This document shows positions 14,556 to 23,713 of a stretch of 35,792 nucleotides of DNA, one piece after another; the first letter of the stretch is position 1, and every line of letters starts with the position of its first letter. The translations under genes and the position numbers were made by a program. Under the pieces are notes generated by a model, which saw only the letters and a program-made list of their open reading frames with translations, did no database searches and was not told where the DNA came from. Source of the DNA: a virus (taxonomy: Duplodnaviria > Caudoviricetes). The DNA is taken from positions 1 through 35,792 of the IMG/VR virus record IMGVR_UViG_3300043414_000175. One strand, 5' to 3'.

Positions 14556-15128
14556 ATGGCAAAACAATTCTGTGTTTACATTCACAAACGCCCAAATGGT
14601 GAACCTTTTTACATTGGGAAGGGTTTGCTAAGTCGTGCTTATGATTTTGCTCCAAGCAGGCGCACAGAATGGCATAAAAACATTGTTAAAAAATACGGTC
14701 GTGACAACATAATTGTGGATGTAATTCCATGTATGTACGAGAAAGAAGCATTTGAACTTGAGCAGGTTCATATCAAACTTGCCAAAGAAAATGGCTATAA
14801 ATTAGCGAATTTGACAGATGGTGGCGAAGGGGCGTCTGGCCGTTCTATGACTGAAAAGCAAAAAGAAGGCTTGGAAAAAGGTAGAAGGGCTGGTAAAAAA
14901 GGCACAAAAGGTCTGCGACCACAGCTTGCTAAATGGCAACAAACTGATGCAGGAAAAGAACATTTGAAAAAACTTTCATTGATAGGTAGTCAAGTGCTTC
15001 ATGCAGAAAGAAATGTTGAATGTGCAGAATGTGGTGAATATTTCATAACAAAAAGCGCAAAAGCAAAATGCTGTAGCAGGCTATGCGAGCAACGCAACAG
15101 ACGGGCAAAGCAAAAAAATGAAGAATGA
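14556..15128 (+). CDS. Free-standing GIY-YIG homing endonuclease with C-terminal Zn finger
   Basis: CVYIHKRPNGEPFYIGKG, RA, EAFELEQ, LANLTDGGEG, CAECGEYF...CCSRLC. Confidence 0.85.
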   Translation: MAKQFCVYIHKRPNGEPFYIGKGLLSRAYDFAPSRRTEWHKNIVKKYGRDNIIVDVIPCMYEKEAFELEQVHIKLAKENGYKLANLTDGGEGASGRSMTEKQKEGLEKGRRAGKKGTKGLRPQLAKWQQTDAGKEHLKKLSLIGSQVLHAERNVECAECGEYFITKSAKAKCCSRLCEQRNRRAKQKNEE

Positions 15129-16386
15129 CATTAGCCTACCCTTGTGGGCTGAATTTTTAGCTGAACCAATGCGATATAAATGCGCATGGGGTGGCCGTGG
15201 TTCAGGTAAATCATGGGCGTTTGCCATGATGTTATTAATTCAAGGAGCAAAATCTCCACAGCGCATTTTGTGTGCCCGTGAGATTCAACGTTCTTTAAAA
15301 GATTCAGTTCATCAGTTGTTGACAGACCAAATCAACATCATGGGATTGGCCGATTTTTATGAAATTACCGAAAGTGAAATCAGAGGCAAAAACGGCACTT
15401 TGATTTTGTTTGCTGGTCTTAAAAACAACTCAGTGGCTACTATTAAGTCATTTGAAGGCGTTACACGGTGTTGGGTTGAAGAAGCGCAAACTGTTTCTAA
15501 ACGTTCTTGGGACATTTTGATTCCAACAATTCGTGCCCCTGATTCTGAAATTTGGGTAACTTTTAACCCAGAACTGGAATCTGACGAAACTTACAAACGT
15601 TTTGTTCTTAGCCCACCAGAAAACTGTGCGACTGTAAAGGTAAACTGGAATAAGAACCCATGGTTTCCAGACACTTTAAAAGTTGAAAAAGATTCTCTTA
15701 AAGCCCGTGACCCTGAAGCCTACAACGTAGTCTGGGAAGGCTTGTGCCGCCAAACAGTTGATGGCGCTGTGTTTGCCAAAGAAATGCAAGTGGCTGAGTT
15801 AGATGGCCGTATCACAAAGGTTAACTATGACCCTACGAAGCCTGTTCACGCGATCTTTGACCTTGGCTGGTCGGATGCTACGGCTATTTGGTTTCTACAG
15901 TTTATTGGCATGGAAACTCGCCTTATTCGTTATGTTGAGGGTAATCAGACCACGATGAGCGACTACTTGGCCAAGATGCAAACCTACGGGTATATCTATG
16001 ACACGCTTTGGCTGCCGCACGATGCTGAAAACAAAACTCTGGCTGGTAATGGTCGAAGTATTGAGGAAATTGTTAGGGCTGCTGGCTACAAGACCAAAAT
16101 CATTCCACGCACGCCAATCTTGGACAGTATCAACGCAGCCAGGACAATATTCAGAAACTGCTGGTTTGACCGTGACAATTGCCACGATGGGTTGCAATGT
16201 TTGCGGCACTACCGTTACGATGTTGACCCAGACACCAAGCAATTCAGCAAAACGCCAGTGCATGACAACTACAGCCACGGGGCTGACGCTTTCCGCTACA
16301 TTGGACTGATGATTAACGAACCAAAACAACGCAGACAGTCAAAGCCAGTGCAAAATTACGGTGGCGCAAATAGCTGGATGGGCTAA
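15118..16386 (+). CDS. terL: Terminase large subunit (PBSX/XtmB-like)
   Basis: Walker A GGRGSGKS, Walker B CWVEEA, TFNP, nuclease FDLGWSD and HGADAFRY. Confidence 0.95.
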   Translation: MKNDISLPLWAEFLAEPMRYKCAWGGRGSGKSWAFAMMLLIQGAKSPQRILCAREIQRSLKDSVHQLLTDQINIMGLADFYEITESEIRGKNGTLILFAGLKNNSVATIKSFEGVTRCWVEEAQTVSKRSWDILIPTIRAPDSEIWVTFNPELESDETYKRFVLSPPENCATVKVNWNKNPWFPDTLKVEKDSLKARDPEAYNVVWEGLCRQTVDGAVFAKEMQVAELDGRITKVNYDPTKPVHAIFDLGWSDATAIWFLQFIGMETRLIRYVEGNQTTMSDYLAKMQTYGYIYDTLWLPHDAENKTLAGNGRSIEEIVRAAGYKTKIIPRTPILDSINAARTIFRNCWFDRDNCHDGLQCLRHYRYDVDPDTKQFSKTPVHDNYSHGADAFRYIGLMINEPKQRRQSKPVQNYGGANSWMG

Positions 16387-16416
16387 AATTGGCAAACTTG
16401 TCAACCTAGGACATAT

Positions 16417-18501
16417 ATGGCAGATGATTACGACCCACGGATTCAAGAAGCAATTGAATTCTTGAAATTGGCAAACGATGCCGATACGATGAACCGCCAA
16501 GAGGCGCTTGAAGACCTTAAATTTGGTGGCGGCGACCAATGGCCCGTGGAGTTGCAGAACTCACGCAATCTGGAATCACGCCCTGTTATCGTGGTAAACA
16601 AGGTGGACAACTATTGCCGCCAAGTCTGTAATCAACAGCGCCAGCAACGACCACGCATCAAAGTTCATGCAATGAATACGCATGAGGACATGGTGGATGC
16701 TCAGACTATTCAAGGCATCGTGCGCCACATTGAGAACAACTCAAATGCTGACCATGCTTACGACAACGCATTTGAATACGCTGTTCGCATGGGTTGGGGC
16801 TATTTCCGTGTGCGTACAGACTACGTTTCGGAAGATTCTTTTGAGCAAGAAATCTACATTGACCCAATCGACAACCCGTTCACCGTCTACTTTGACCCTA
16901 ATTCAGTAGCCCCTGATGGCTCTGACGCTGACCGTTGTTTAATTACAACAATGATGCCAAAGAAAGAGTTTTCAAAGCTATATCCAGATGCGGCGGTGGA
17001 CGGCGGCACATCGTTTACCCAACGTGGTACGGGCGACAGTCAGTCAGAATGGATTACCAAAGAGGATATTCGCCTTGCTGAATACTTCTACACAGTGCGT
17101 GAAAAAGCTACTTTGTATCAATTGAGTGATGGTTCTAGTACCTTTGCAGAAGACAAAGATTTCTTTGCTCGACTTGCTAGTGCTGGCATTATTGTGGTGG
17201 ACAAGCGTTCGTCATACAAGAAAACCATTAAGTATTGCAAGCTGACTGCTAACGAAATCATCGAAGAAGGCACTTGGGCTGGCAAGTACATCCCAATCAT
17301 TCCTGTCTACGGGCGTCATTTGGTTGTGGGCGATAAGCGCAAAAAGTTCGGCATGATTCGCAATGCCAAAGACCCACAGCGTATGTATAACTTTTGGCAG
17401 ACTTCTATTACTGAAGGCGTTGCATTGGCTCCAAAAGCCAAGTGGCTGATTGCTGAAGGTCAAGACGAAGGCCATGAGAGCGATTGGGCAAACGCCAACA
17501 TCAAGTCTTTCCCACTGCTTCGTTACAAGCAAACAGACATTGATGGTCGCCCTGCGCCTGTGCCTGTACGCCTGCAACCTGAACCACCTCAAGCTGGCAT
17601 CATGGCTGCTGCTGCTGGTGTGGATGATGACATTAAGTCAATCATGGGCGTGTTTGACCCTGCCCAACTGAAGCAAGGCAATATCTCAGGCAAGGCTTTG
17701 AATGGCCAACAACAGCAAGTTGACCTGACAAACTACGACTATTACGACAACTTGACCCGTTCAATATCCCATTGCGGGACTATTATTCTGGACTTGCTGC
17801 CTAAGATTTACGACACCGAACGTGTGATGCGAATCATTGGCGATGACGGCAAGCCTGAATTGTTGACCGTAAACCAGCGTGATTCCGTTGGTCGCGTCTT
17901 AAATGACATGACCGTTGGTCAATATGACGTAGTGATGGACACTGGCCCAGGCTATAACAGCAAGCGCCAAGAGGCCGTGGAATCAATGCTGCCTTTGTTA
18001 GCCGCTGACCCTGGCTTAATGCAGACTTGTGGCGACTTGGTGTTCCGCAACATGGATTGGCCTGGTGCTGACGTTATTGCTGACCGCTTGGCTGCGGCTA
18101 ACCCGTTGGCTCAGATTGACGAACACAGCGAAATCCCGCCGCAAGTTCAGATGCAACTGGCTCAGGGAAAGAAACAGGTGGAAGAACTGCAACAGCAACT
18201 GCAATCTATGCAAATGATGCTGAAGAATCGTTCTGATGTTGAGCAAATGAAGCAAGAAGGTGAAACCAAGCGCGTATTGATTAAAGAAACCAACCGCGCC
18301 CACCAGATTGAACTGCAAGATGCTCACGACCACGCCGACATGAAGATGAAGGTAGATGCGCAGGCACAGGAAACTGTCTTGAAAACACAAACTCAACTTG
18401 AAATTGAGCGAATGAAGGCTGAAATTGCCGTTCGTTTGGCCACAATGGACAGATTGGCTTTGCGTGATGCAAGTGCAGAAACAACAGAACGCGCTATTTG
18501 A
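16417..18501 (+). CDS. Portal protein, P22 gp1-like
   Basis: 694 aa after terL; GDQWP, RP..VVN, GWGYFRV, YIPIIPVYG, AKDPQRMYN, C-terminal coiled coil. Confidence 0.92.
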   Translation: MADDYDPRIQEAIEFLKLANDADTMNRQEALEDLKFGGGDQWPVELQNSRNLESRPVIVVNKVDNYCRQVCNQQRQQRPRIKVHAMNTHEDMVDAQTIQGIVRHIENNSNADHAYDNAFEYAVRMGWGYFRVRTDYVSEDSFEQEIYIDPIDNPFTVYFDPNSVAPDGSDADRCLITTMMPKKEFSKLYPDAAVDGGTSFTQRGTGDSQSEWITKEDIRLAEYFYTVREKATLYQLSDGSSTFAEDKDFFARLASAGIIVVDKRSSYKKTIKYCKLTANEIIEEGTWAGKYIPIIPVYGRHLVVGDKRKKFGMIRNAKDPQRMYNFWQTSITEGVALAPKAKWLIAEGQDEGHESDWANANIKSFPLLRYKQTDIDGRPAPVPVRLQPEPPQAGIMAAAAGVDDDIKSIMGVFDPAQLKQGNISGKALNGQQQQVDLTNYDYYDNLTRSISHCGTIILDLLPKIYDTERVMRIIGDDGKPELLTVNQRDSVGRVLNDMTVGQYDVVMDTGPGYNSKRQEAVESMLPLLAADPGLMQTCGDLVFRNMDWPGADVIADRLAAANPLAQIDEHSEIPPQVQMQLAQGKKQVEELQQQLQSMQMMLKNRSDVEQMKQEGETKRVLIKETNRAHQIELQDAHDHADMKMKVDAQAQETVLKTQTQLEIERMKAEIAVRLATMDRLALRDASAETTERAI

Positions 18502-18526
18502 TTTTTAAATGATTCTGTGGTAGATT
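18498..18526 (+). promoter_or_regulatory. Putative promoter for scaffold/coat
   Basis: TTGATT-17 nt-TAGATT with TG extension; followed by hairpin CCCGTG/CACGGG. Confidence 0.55.
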
Positions 18527-18578
18527 AACCACAACCTTACCCGTGAGGTACACGGGGCAAATTCGGAGTGACAACGTA

Positions 18579-19484
18579 ATGTCTGAAAAAGAAGCAGGTC
18601 AAGTTTTGACCAGCGACAACGCAGCGGAATTTTATGCAAACAGATTAGGTTTAGCTGAATCACCAGCCCCTGCCGAGGCTGTGGAAGAACCCACAGAGCC
18701 GACAGAGGTAGTTGAACAGAGTGAACCTGAAGAAGCAGAAGCCGAAGCAAAACAAGAGGGTGAGCGTAAGCACAATCCTAAACTTGAGCGCCGTTTTTCT
18801 GAGATTACTAAGCAACGTGAAGAAGCGCGTAAAGAAGCGCAACAAGAACGTGAAGCAAGGCAAACTCTAGAAGCGCGTTTGGCAGCACTTGAGAACCAGC
18901 AAAAGCCACAAAAATTGGCCGAAGCTGTTGACCAAGAGCCGCAACCCAGTCAGTTTAGCGATGCGTTTGAATATGCGAAGGCTCTAGCCGAGTATTCGAC
19001 AGAACAAGCGTTAGCTAATCGTGATAGGCAACAAGCAGAGGCAAGAGCCGCTGAAGAACGTCAAAAGGTTATTAGCCAATGGACGTCTAAGGTAGAAGCA
19101 GCCAAAGCATCGTTGCCAGATTTTGATGACATTGTTGCATCGAGCGATGTGGTCGTAAATGACGACATTCGTGACGCGATTCTGGAGAGTGACGTAGGCC
19201 CACAAATCCTATATCACCTAGCTGAAAACGATGAAGTCGCTAAGAAAATCTCTGGTTTGTCGCCAAAGCAAGCGTTGCGAGAGATTGGGAAGTTGGAAGC
19301 AAGGTTTGAGGCAAAGTCTGAAGCCGAGAAGCCAACCCCTATTGTTAGAAGTAAAGCACCAGCACCGATTCAACCGATTCGCGGGGGTAAGAACACACCT
19401 GATGTGCCATTAGGGTCCGATGGGGTCTTTTTTGGAACAGCAGCGCAGTGGAAAGAACTTCGCAGAGCGGGAAAAATTCGGTAA
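18579..19484 (+). CDS. Scaffolding protein
   Basis: Acidic coiled-coil protein between portal and coat; start MSEKE after GGAG; GPQILYHLA, KAPAPIQPI. Confidence 0.85.
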   Translation: MSEKEAGQVLTSDNAAEFYANRLGLAESPAPAEAVEEPTEPTEVVEQSEPEEAEAEAKQEGERKHNPKLERRFSEITKQREEARKEAQQEREARQTLEARLAALENQQKPQKLAEAVDQEPQPSQFSDAFEYAKALAEYSTEQALANRDRQQAEARAAEERQKVISQWTSKVEAAKASLPDFDDIVASSDVVVNDDIRDAILESDVGPQILYHLAENDEVAKKISGLSPKQALREIGKLEARFEAKSEAEKPTPIVRSKAPAPIQPIRGGKNTPDVPLGSDGVFFGTAAQWKELRRAGKIR

Positions 19485-19508
19485 ACCTAATCTTTTTGAA
19501 AGCAAAAA

Positions 19509-20765
19509 ATGGCAAATAATCTCTTAACCATTAGCAAGATCACCAACGAAGCGTTGATGGTCTTGGAAAACGAACTCACATTTTCGAGCGAAGTAGACCG
19601 CAACTATGATGACCAATTTGCCGTTACTGGTGCAAAAATTGGCGCCACCGTTAACGTTCGCAAACCAGCTCGTTTCATCGGAACAACAGGTCCAGCTTTG
19701 AACGTTGAAGACTTCAACGAAACTAGCATCCCTGTTACTCTGTCTACTCAGTTCCACGTTGATACACAGTTCACTACACAAGACTTGGCTTTGTCCTTGG
19801 ATATGTTTAGCGACCGCGTGTTGAAGCCCGCTATCGCCGCAATCGCCAACAAGGTTGACCGTGACGGTTTGGCTATGGCTACCCTGCAAACTGCCAACAT
19901 CGTTGGTACTGCTGGTACACCTCCAACTGGCCTGATCACCTACTTGACCGCTGGTGCTTATTTGGACAGCGAAGGCGCACCCCGTGACGGTCGCCGTTCA
20001 TGTATCGTTGAACCCTTCACATCTGCAACTATCGTTGACAGCTTGAAAGGTTTGTTTGCTCCTAACCAAAAGATTAGCGAGCAATACGAAAAAGGCATGA
20101 TGGGCACTGACAGTGCTGGCATGAAGTGGAAAATGGACCAGAACGTTGTGTCCCAAGTGTTCGGTTCTAACAGCACTACCACCGTGACTGCTTCTGTGAA
20201 CACCACAACTGGCACTGGCTTCTTGACTTCTGGTTGGGCTTCTACATCGACTATCAGCTTGACAGCCGCCAACTCAGGTACTTTGAACCTGAACGCTGGT
20301 GACGTGTTCACTATCGCTGGTGTGTACGCTGTGAACCCACAGAACCGCCAAGCCTACGGCTCCAACAAGTTGCGTAACTTCGTGGTGAAAACTACTGTTG
20401 CTATCGCTTCTGGCGCTTCTGGCAACGTGGTTGTGTCTCCTGCTGTTATCACTGCTGGCCAGTTCCAGAACGTGAGCATCCCAACAACATCGTCTGCTGC
20501 CGCTGTGACCCAGTTCAACAGCACAGGTATTGTTTCCCCACAAAACATCATCATGCACCGCAATGCTTTCACTTTGGCAGTAGCCGATTTGGAATTGCCA
20601 GAAGGTGTGCATTTTGCTGGTCGTGCAAGCGACAAGGAAATGGGCCTGTCAATCCGTGTGGTCCGCCAGTACACAATTAACAACGATTCCATCCCAACTC
20701 GTTTGGATGTGTTGTACGGTTGGGCTCCTCTGTACCCTGAATTGGCTTGCCGCGTTGCAGCTTAA
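19509..20765 (+). CDS. Major capsid protein, P22 gp5-like
   Basis: MANNLLT...KIGATVNVRKP...HRNAFTLA...RLDVLYGW. Confidence 0.95.
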   Translation: MANNLLTISKITNEALMVLENELTFSSEVDRNYDDQFAVTGAKIGATVNVRKPARFIGTTGPALNVEDFNETSIPVTLSTQFHVDTQFTTQDLALSLDMFSDRVLKPAIAAIANKVDRDGLAMATLQTANIVGTAGTPPTGLITYLTAGAYLDSEGAPRDGRRSCIVEPFTSATIVDSLKGLFAPNQKISEQYEKGMMGTDSAGMKWKMDQNVVSQVFGSNSTTTVTASVNTTTGTGFLTSGWASTSTISLTAANSGTLNLNAGDVFTIAGVYAVNPQNRQAYGSNKLRNFVVKTTVAIASGASGNVVVSPAVITAGQFQNVSIPTTSSAAAVTQFNSTGIVSPQNIIMHRNAFTLAVADLELPEGVHFAGRASDKEMGLSIRVVRQYTINNDSIPTRLDVLYGWAPLYPELACRVAA

Positions 20766-20770
20766 TTCTG

Positions 20771-20794
20771 ATGGGGGGTTTGCCCCCCGTTTTT
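20771..20794 (+). terminator. Rho-independent terminator after coat gene
   Basis: GGGGGG-TTTG-CCCCCC followed by GTTTTT. Confidence 0.8.
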
Positions 20795-20817
20795 AAACAT
20801 TTTTAAGGAATTTCATC

Positions 20818-21195
20818 ATGGCTAATCCAGGACCAGCAACCACCATCACCCAAGAATCGTTTGCTCCAATGACAAACGTTGTTAAGGGTGGCGTTTTCTC
20901 GTTGTCTTTGACCCCCGCAATCGTTGCAACTATCACCACCGCAGCCCAAAACTTTGCCAATACTGGCATTGGCTTGGTTGTTGGTGACATGGTTTCTGTG
21001 TCGTTTAACGGCGCACAAACCGCAGGCGTTGGCGTTCTTGACGCTTATGTGTCTGCCGCTGACCAGTTGACCATTCGCTTTGTGAACCCAACCGCAGCGG
21101 GTGTTACCCCTGCCGCTGGTACTTACTTGGTGTCTGTGCAGCGCCCAAGCACCACAACTGGCTCGACAGCAACTTCACCATTGTTGTCTTGGTAA
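20818..21195 (+). CDS. Putative capsid decoration protein (paralogue 1)
   Basis: Beta-rich, directly after coat, aligns by eye with 21288-21614. Confidence 0.6.
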   Translation: MANPGPATTITQESFAPMTNVVKGGVFSLSLTPAIVATITTAAQNFANTGIGLVVGDMVSVSFNGAQTAGVGVLDAYVSAADQLTIRFVNPTAAGVTPAAGTYLVSVQRPSTTTGSTATSPLLSW

Positions 21196-21213
21196 TTTGT
21201 GTGAAATAAGAAC

Positions 21214-21247
21214 GGGCCACTCTCAAAAGGGGTGGCCTTTTCTTTTT
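21214..21247 (+). terminator. Rho-independent terminator
   Basis: GGGCCACTCT-CAAA-AGGGGTGGCCT then TTTCTTTTT. Confidence 0.85.
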
Positions 21248-21287
21248 CTAATAGTACAATCAATTCATTCTTTAAAAGGAATTCAAA

Positions 21288-21614
21288 ATGTCTTCTACGA
21301 CCATCACCCGTGGTAATTCCCACGAAACCTTTTACGTTCAAGCCAGCCTGACGCCTGTTTCTGTTGCCGCTAACACAACTGCTGCTCAGACCTTTTCTTT
21401 GCCTGGCTTGCAGACCACAGACATTGTTCAAGTTATCGGCTTGAATGGCTCTCAAATTGCTGGCATCGTGGTTAGCGAAGCTGACTGCTTGACAGCTAAC
21501 GTGTTGACCATTCAATTTGGTAACTTGACTTCTTCTGGTGTCGTGCCTACTGCTGGTGTTTACACTTTGCAAATCGTGCGACTTGAAGGTCCAGCACCCG
21601 CAACCGCTGTCTAA
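21288..21614 (+). CDS. Putative capsid decoration protein (paralogue 2)
   Basis: LTP.SVAANTTAAQTF...NGSQIAG...LTIQFGN...GVYTLQIVR. Confidence 0.6.
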   Translation: MSSTTITRGNSHETFYVQASLTPVSVAANTTAAQTFSLPGLQTTDIVQVIGLNGSQIAGIVVSEADCLTANVLTIQFGNLTSSGVVPTAGVYTLQIVRLEGPAPATAV

Positions 21615-21616
21615 TC

Positions 21617-21958
21617 ATGGCTGTTTCATCCGTACTACGAACCGCTGGCAAAACTTATGCTTTGTCAGTAACCAGCAGCGCCCATGCTGCTGTTCTGATT
21701 ACTGGTAACACAAACGACCAAACCAACTATGCTTCTTTAATCAACACTGGCACTTCTGCCATTGCTGTGCGATTTGGCAACGTTGACCCTGGCGCTGCTG
21801 TGTTGCCCGTTGATGGCACACCTGGCGATTACGTCTTGCCTGCTGGCATGACACGCCCTGTGATTCTTGCCGTTCCACCAGCACCTTTCTATGTGACTGC
21901 TATTAGCGCATCTGCTACTGGCATCATTTACGTTACACCTGCTGGCGACCAGTCTTAA
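21617..21958 (+). CDS. Virion structural protein (beta-rich)
   Basis: Ala/Thr/Val-rich, ends IIYVTPAGDQS; structural operon. Confidence 0.6.
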   Translation: MAVSSVLRTAGKTYALSVTSSAHAAVLITGNTNDQTNYASLINTGTSAIAVRFGNVDPGAAVLPVDGTPGDYVLPAGMTRPVILAVPPAPFYVTAISASATGIIYVTPAGDQS

Positions 21959-22015
21959 TGTTTACCATGCCGAATCTAGGTTCGGCTGGTAATTCTGACT
22001 TATTAAGGTAAAAAG

Positions 22016-23704
22016 ATGACTAACGCCATAGCAAAAACAGTAACAACGAACATCGTTCCTGTTCAAGCTATTTTTGACGTTGATGGCGTTTGCATTGGCT
22101 TGGTTGGTCCAGGCGGGGAATTCTTTTCCCCTCCTTTAAGTTCAGACACGATTACCAACGCAACCATTACAAGCAGCACTATCGATAGTTCTGTCATTGG
22201 TGCAGCTACCCCTGCGGCTGGTACGTTCTCGCAGATGAACACTAGCAATGCCCAGATTACTGGCGGCTCGATTAGCGGTGTATCAATCACAATTACAGCG
22301 TTAAACGGTACGCCAATTGGCAATATTGCACCTTCAACTGGTGCATTTACCACGTTAAATTCGACTGATTTGACCGTTACAAACGTGATTAACGGGTCGA
22401 TTAGCGGCAATGCGGCTACTGCAACAAATGCGACAAACGCAACAAATGCGACAAACGCAACCAATGCAGTAAACGCAACAAACGCTACAAACGCAACAAC
22501 TGCAACCAATATTGCTGGCGGTAACACTGGTTCTTTGCCTTACCAAGCATCTACTGGTTCAACTTCATTGTTGGCGGCTGGCTCAAATGGCCAAGTATTG
22601 ACTTTAGCATCTGGCTTGCCAGCTTGGTCTACGCCAACGACAGGAACAGTCACAAGTATTGCCACAAGCGGCTCTGTTAGCGGCATTACTCTTACTGGTG
22701 GAACAATTACCACTAGCGGAACAATCACGCTTGGCGGCACTTTAGATTTGTCTAGCCCGCCTGCTATTGGTGGCACTACTGCAAACACAATTACTGGCTC
22801 AACAATCAACGCTAACACCAAGGTAGTTAGCCCTGATTACTATGCTCAGTCAATTCTTGGTGGAAACTTACGCACATACACTGGAACATCCCTGTTGAAT
22901 TGGGATGGCGGTGGCAGCGGAAACGTAAACATTAACGGTGGATTTAATGCTAATCCATCAAACAAAAACGTTAGCCTTGCGCCTACTGGTACTGGTACGG
23001 TAACTATCAATCCTGCAACAGCTAGTGCAATGGATAACGTGGCTATTGGTGGAACTACACCTTTGGCTGGTACGTTTACGACTTTGCGTTTAAACACAAA
23101 CTTATCTTTGAATGGTTCAACAGGCACAAGCGGTCAGGTTTTGACCTCTAGCGGTTCTGGCTTGCCTACTTGGACAACTCCAACGGCTTATGCAACCGTC
23201 ACGGATGACACGACCACTAACGCAACACGATACCCGCTGTTTGCAGCCGCTACAAGCGGTAATTTAACGACTGAATATACTAGCAGTACCAAGTACCAAT
23301 TTAACCCCTCCACGGGCGTTTTATCGGCTACTCAGTTCACAGGCTCAGGCGCTGGTCTTACGTCAATCCCTAATGCGGCATTGACAAACTCTAGCGTTAC
23401 CATTGGTTCAACTTCTGTAGCGTTGGGCGCTACGGTAACCACGTTTGCTGGCCTAACTTCTGTCACATCGACCACTTTTGTTGGTGCTTTGACGGGCAAC
23501 GCAAGCACATCGACTAGCGCAACGTCAGCGACAAACGCCACAAATGTGGGCATTACTGACGACACAACGACCAATGCAACGGTTTACCCTACTTGGGTGA
23601 CAAGCACCACAGGTAATTTGCCTGAAAAAACATCGTCAACAAAGCTAAAATTCAACCCGTCTACGGGCGCTCTGACGGTCAGTCAATTAATCATCGCACC
23701 ATAA
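22016..23704 (+). CDS. Thr/Gly/Ser-rich fibre protein
   Basis: Fibre-like repeats (TPAAGTF, GQVLT...W, ATN repeats, duplicated TDDTTTNAT...FNPSTG module). Confidence 0.75.
   Translation: MTNAIAKTVTTNIVPVQAIFDVDGVCIGLVGPGGEFFSPPLSSDTITNATITSSTIDSSVIGAATPAAGTFSQMNTSNAQITGGSISGVSITITALNGTPIGNIAPSTGAFTTLNSTDLTVTNVINGSISGNAATATNATNATNATNATNAVNATNATNATTATNIAGGNTGSLPYQASTGSTSLLAAGSNGQVLTLASGLPAWSTPTTGTVTSIATSGSVSGITLTGGTITTSGTITLGGTLDLSSPPAIGGTTANTITGSTINANTKVVSPDYYAQSILGGNLRTYTGTSLLNWDGGGSGNVNINGGFNANPSNKNVSLAPTGTGTVTINPATASAMDNVAIGGTTPLAGTFTTLRLNTNLSLNGSTGTSGQVLTSSGSGLPTWTTPTAYATVTDDTTTNATRYPLFAAATSGNLTTEYTSSTKYQFNPSTGVLSATQFTGSGAGLTSIPNAALTNSSVTIGSTSVALGATVTTFAGLTSVTSTTFVGALTGNASTSTSATSATNATNVGITDDTTTNATVYPTWVTSTTGNLPEKTSSTKLKFNPSTGALTVSQLIIAP
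22421..22510 (+). repeat. Ten degenerate 9-bp tandem repeats encoding mostly (ATN)n
   Basis: GCAACAAAT GCGACAAAC GCAACAAAT GCGACAAAC GCAACCAAT ... Confidence 0.9.
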
Positions 23705-23713
23705 GGAAAAATC

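Noticed and set aside
14526-15128. Group I intron or intein around the GIY-YIG genes
   Set aside because: No non-coding space for an intron core, and the flanking genes are complete ORFs; the same holds for 25906-26553.
22421-22510. CRISPR-like array
   Set aside because: 9-bp coding repeats without spacers; no cas genes. The 7-bp repeats at 6063-6104 also lack spacers.
22063-23574. Several Val/Pro-rich minus-strand ORFs
   Set aside because: Antisense shadows of the low-complexity Thr/Gly fibre gene.
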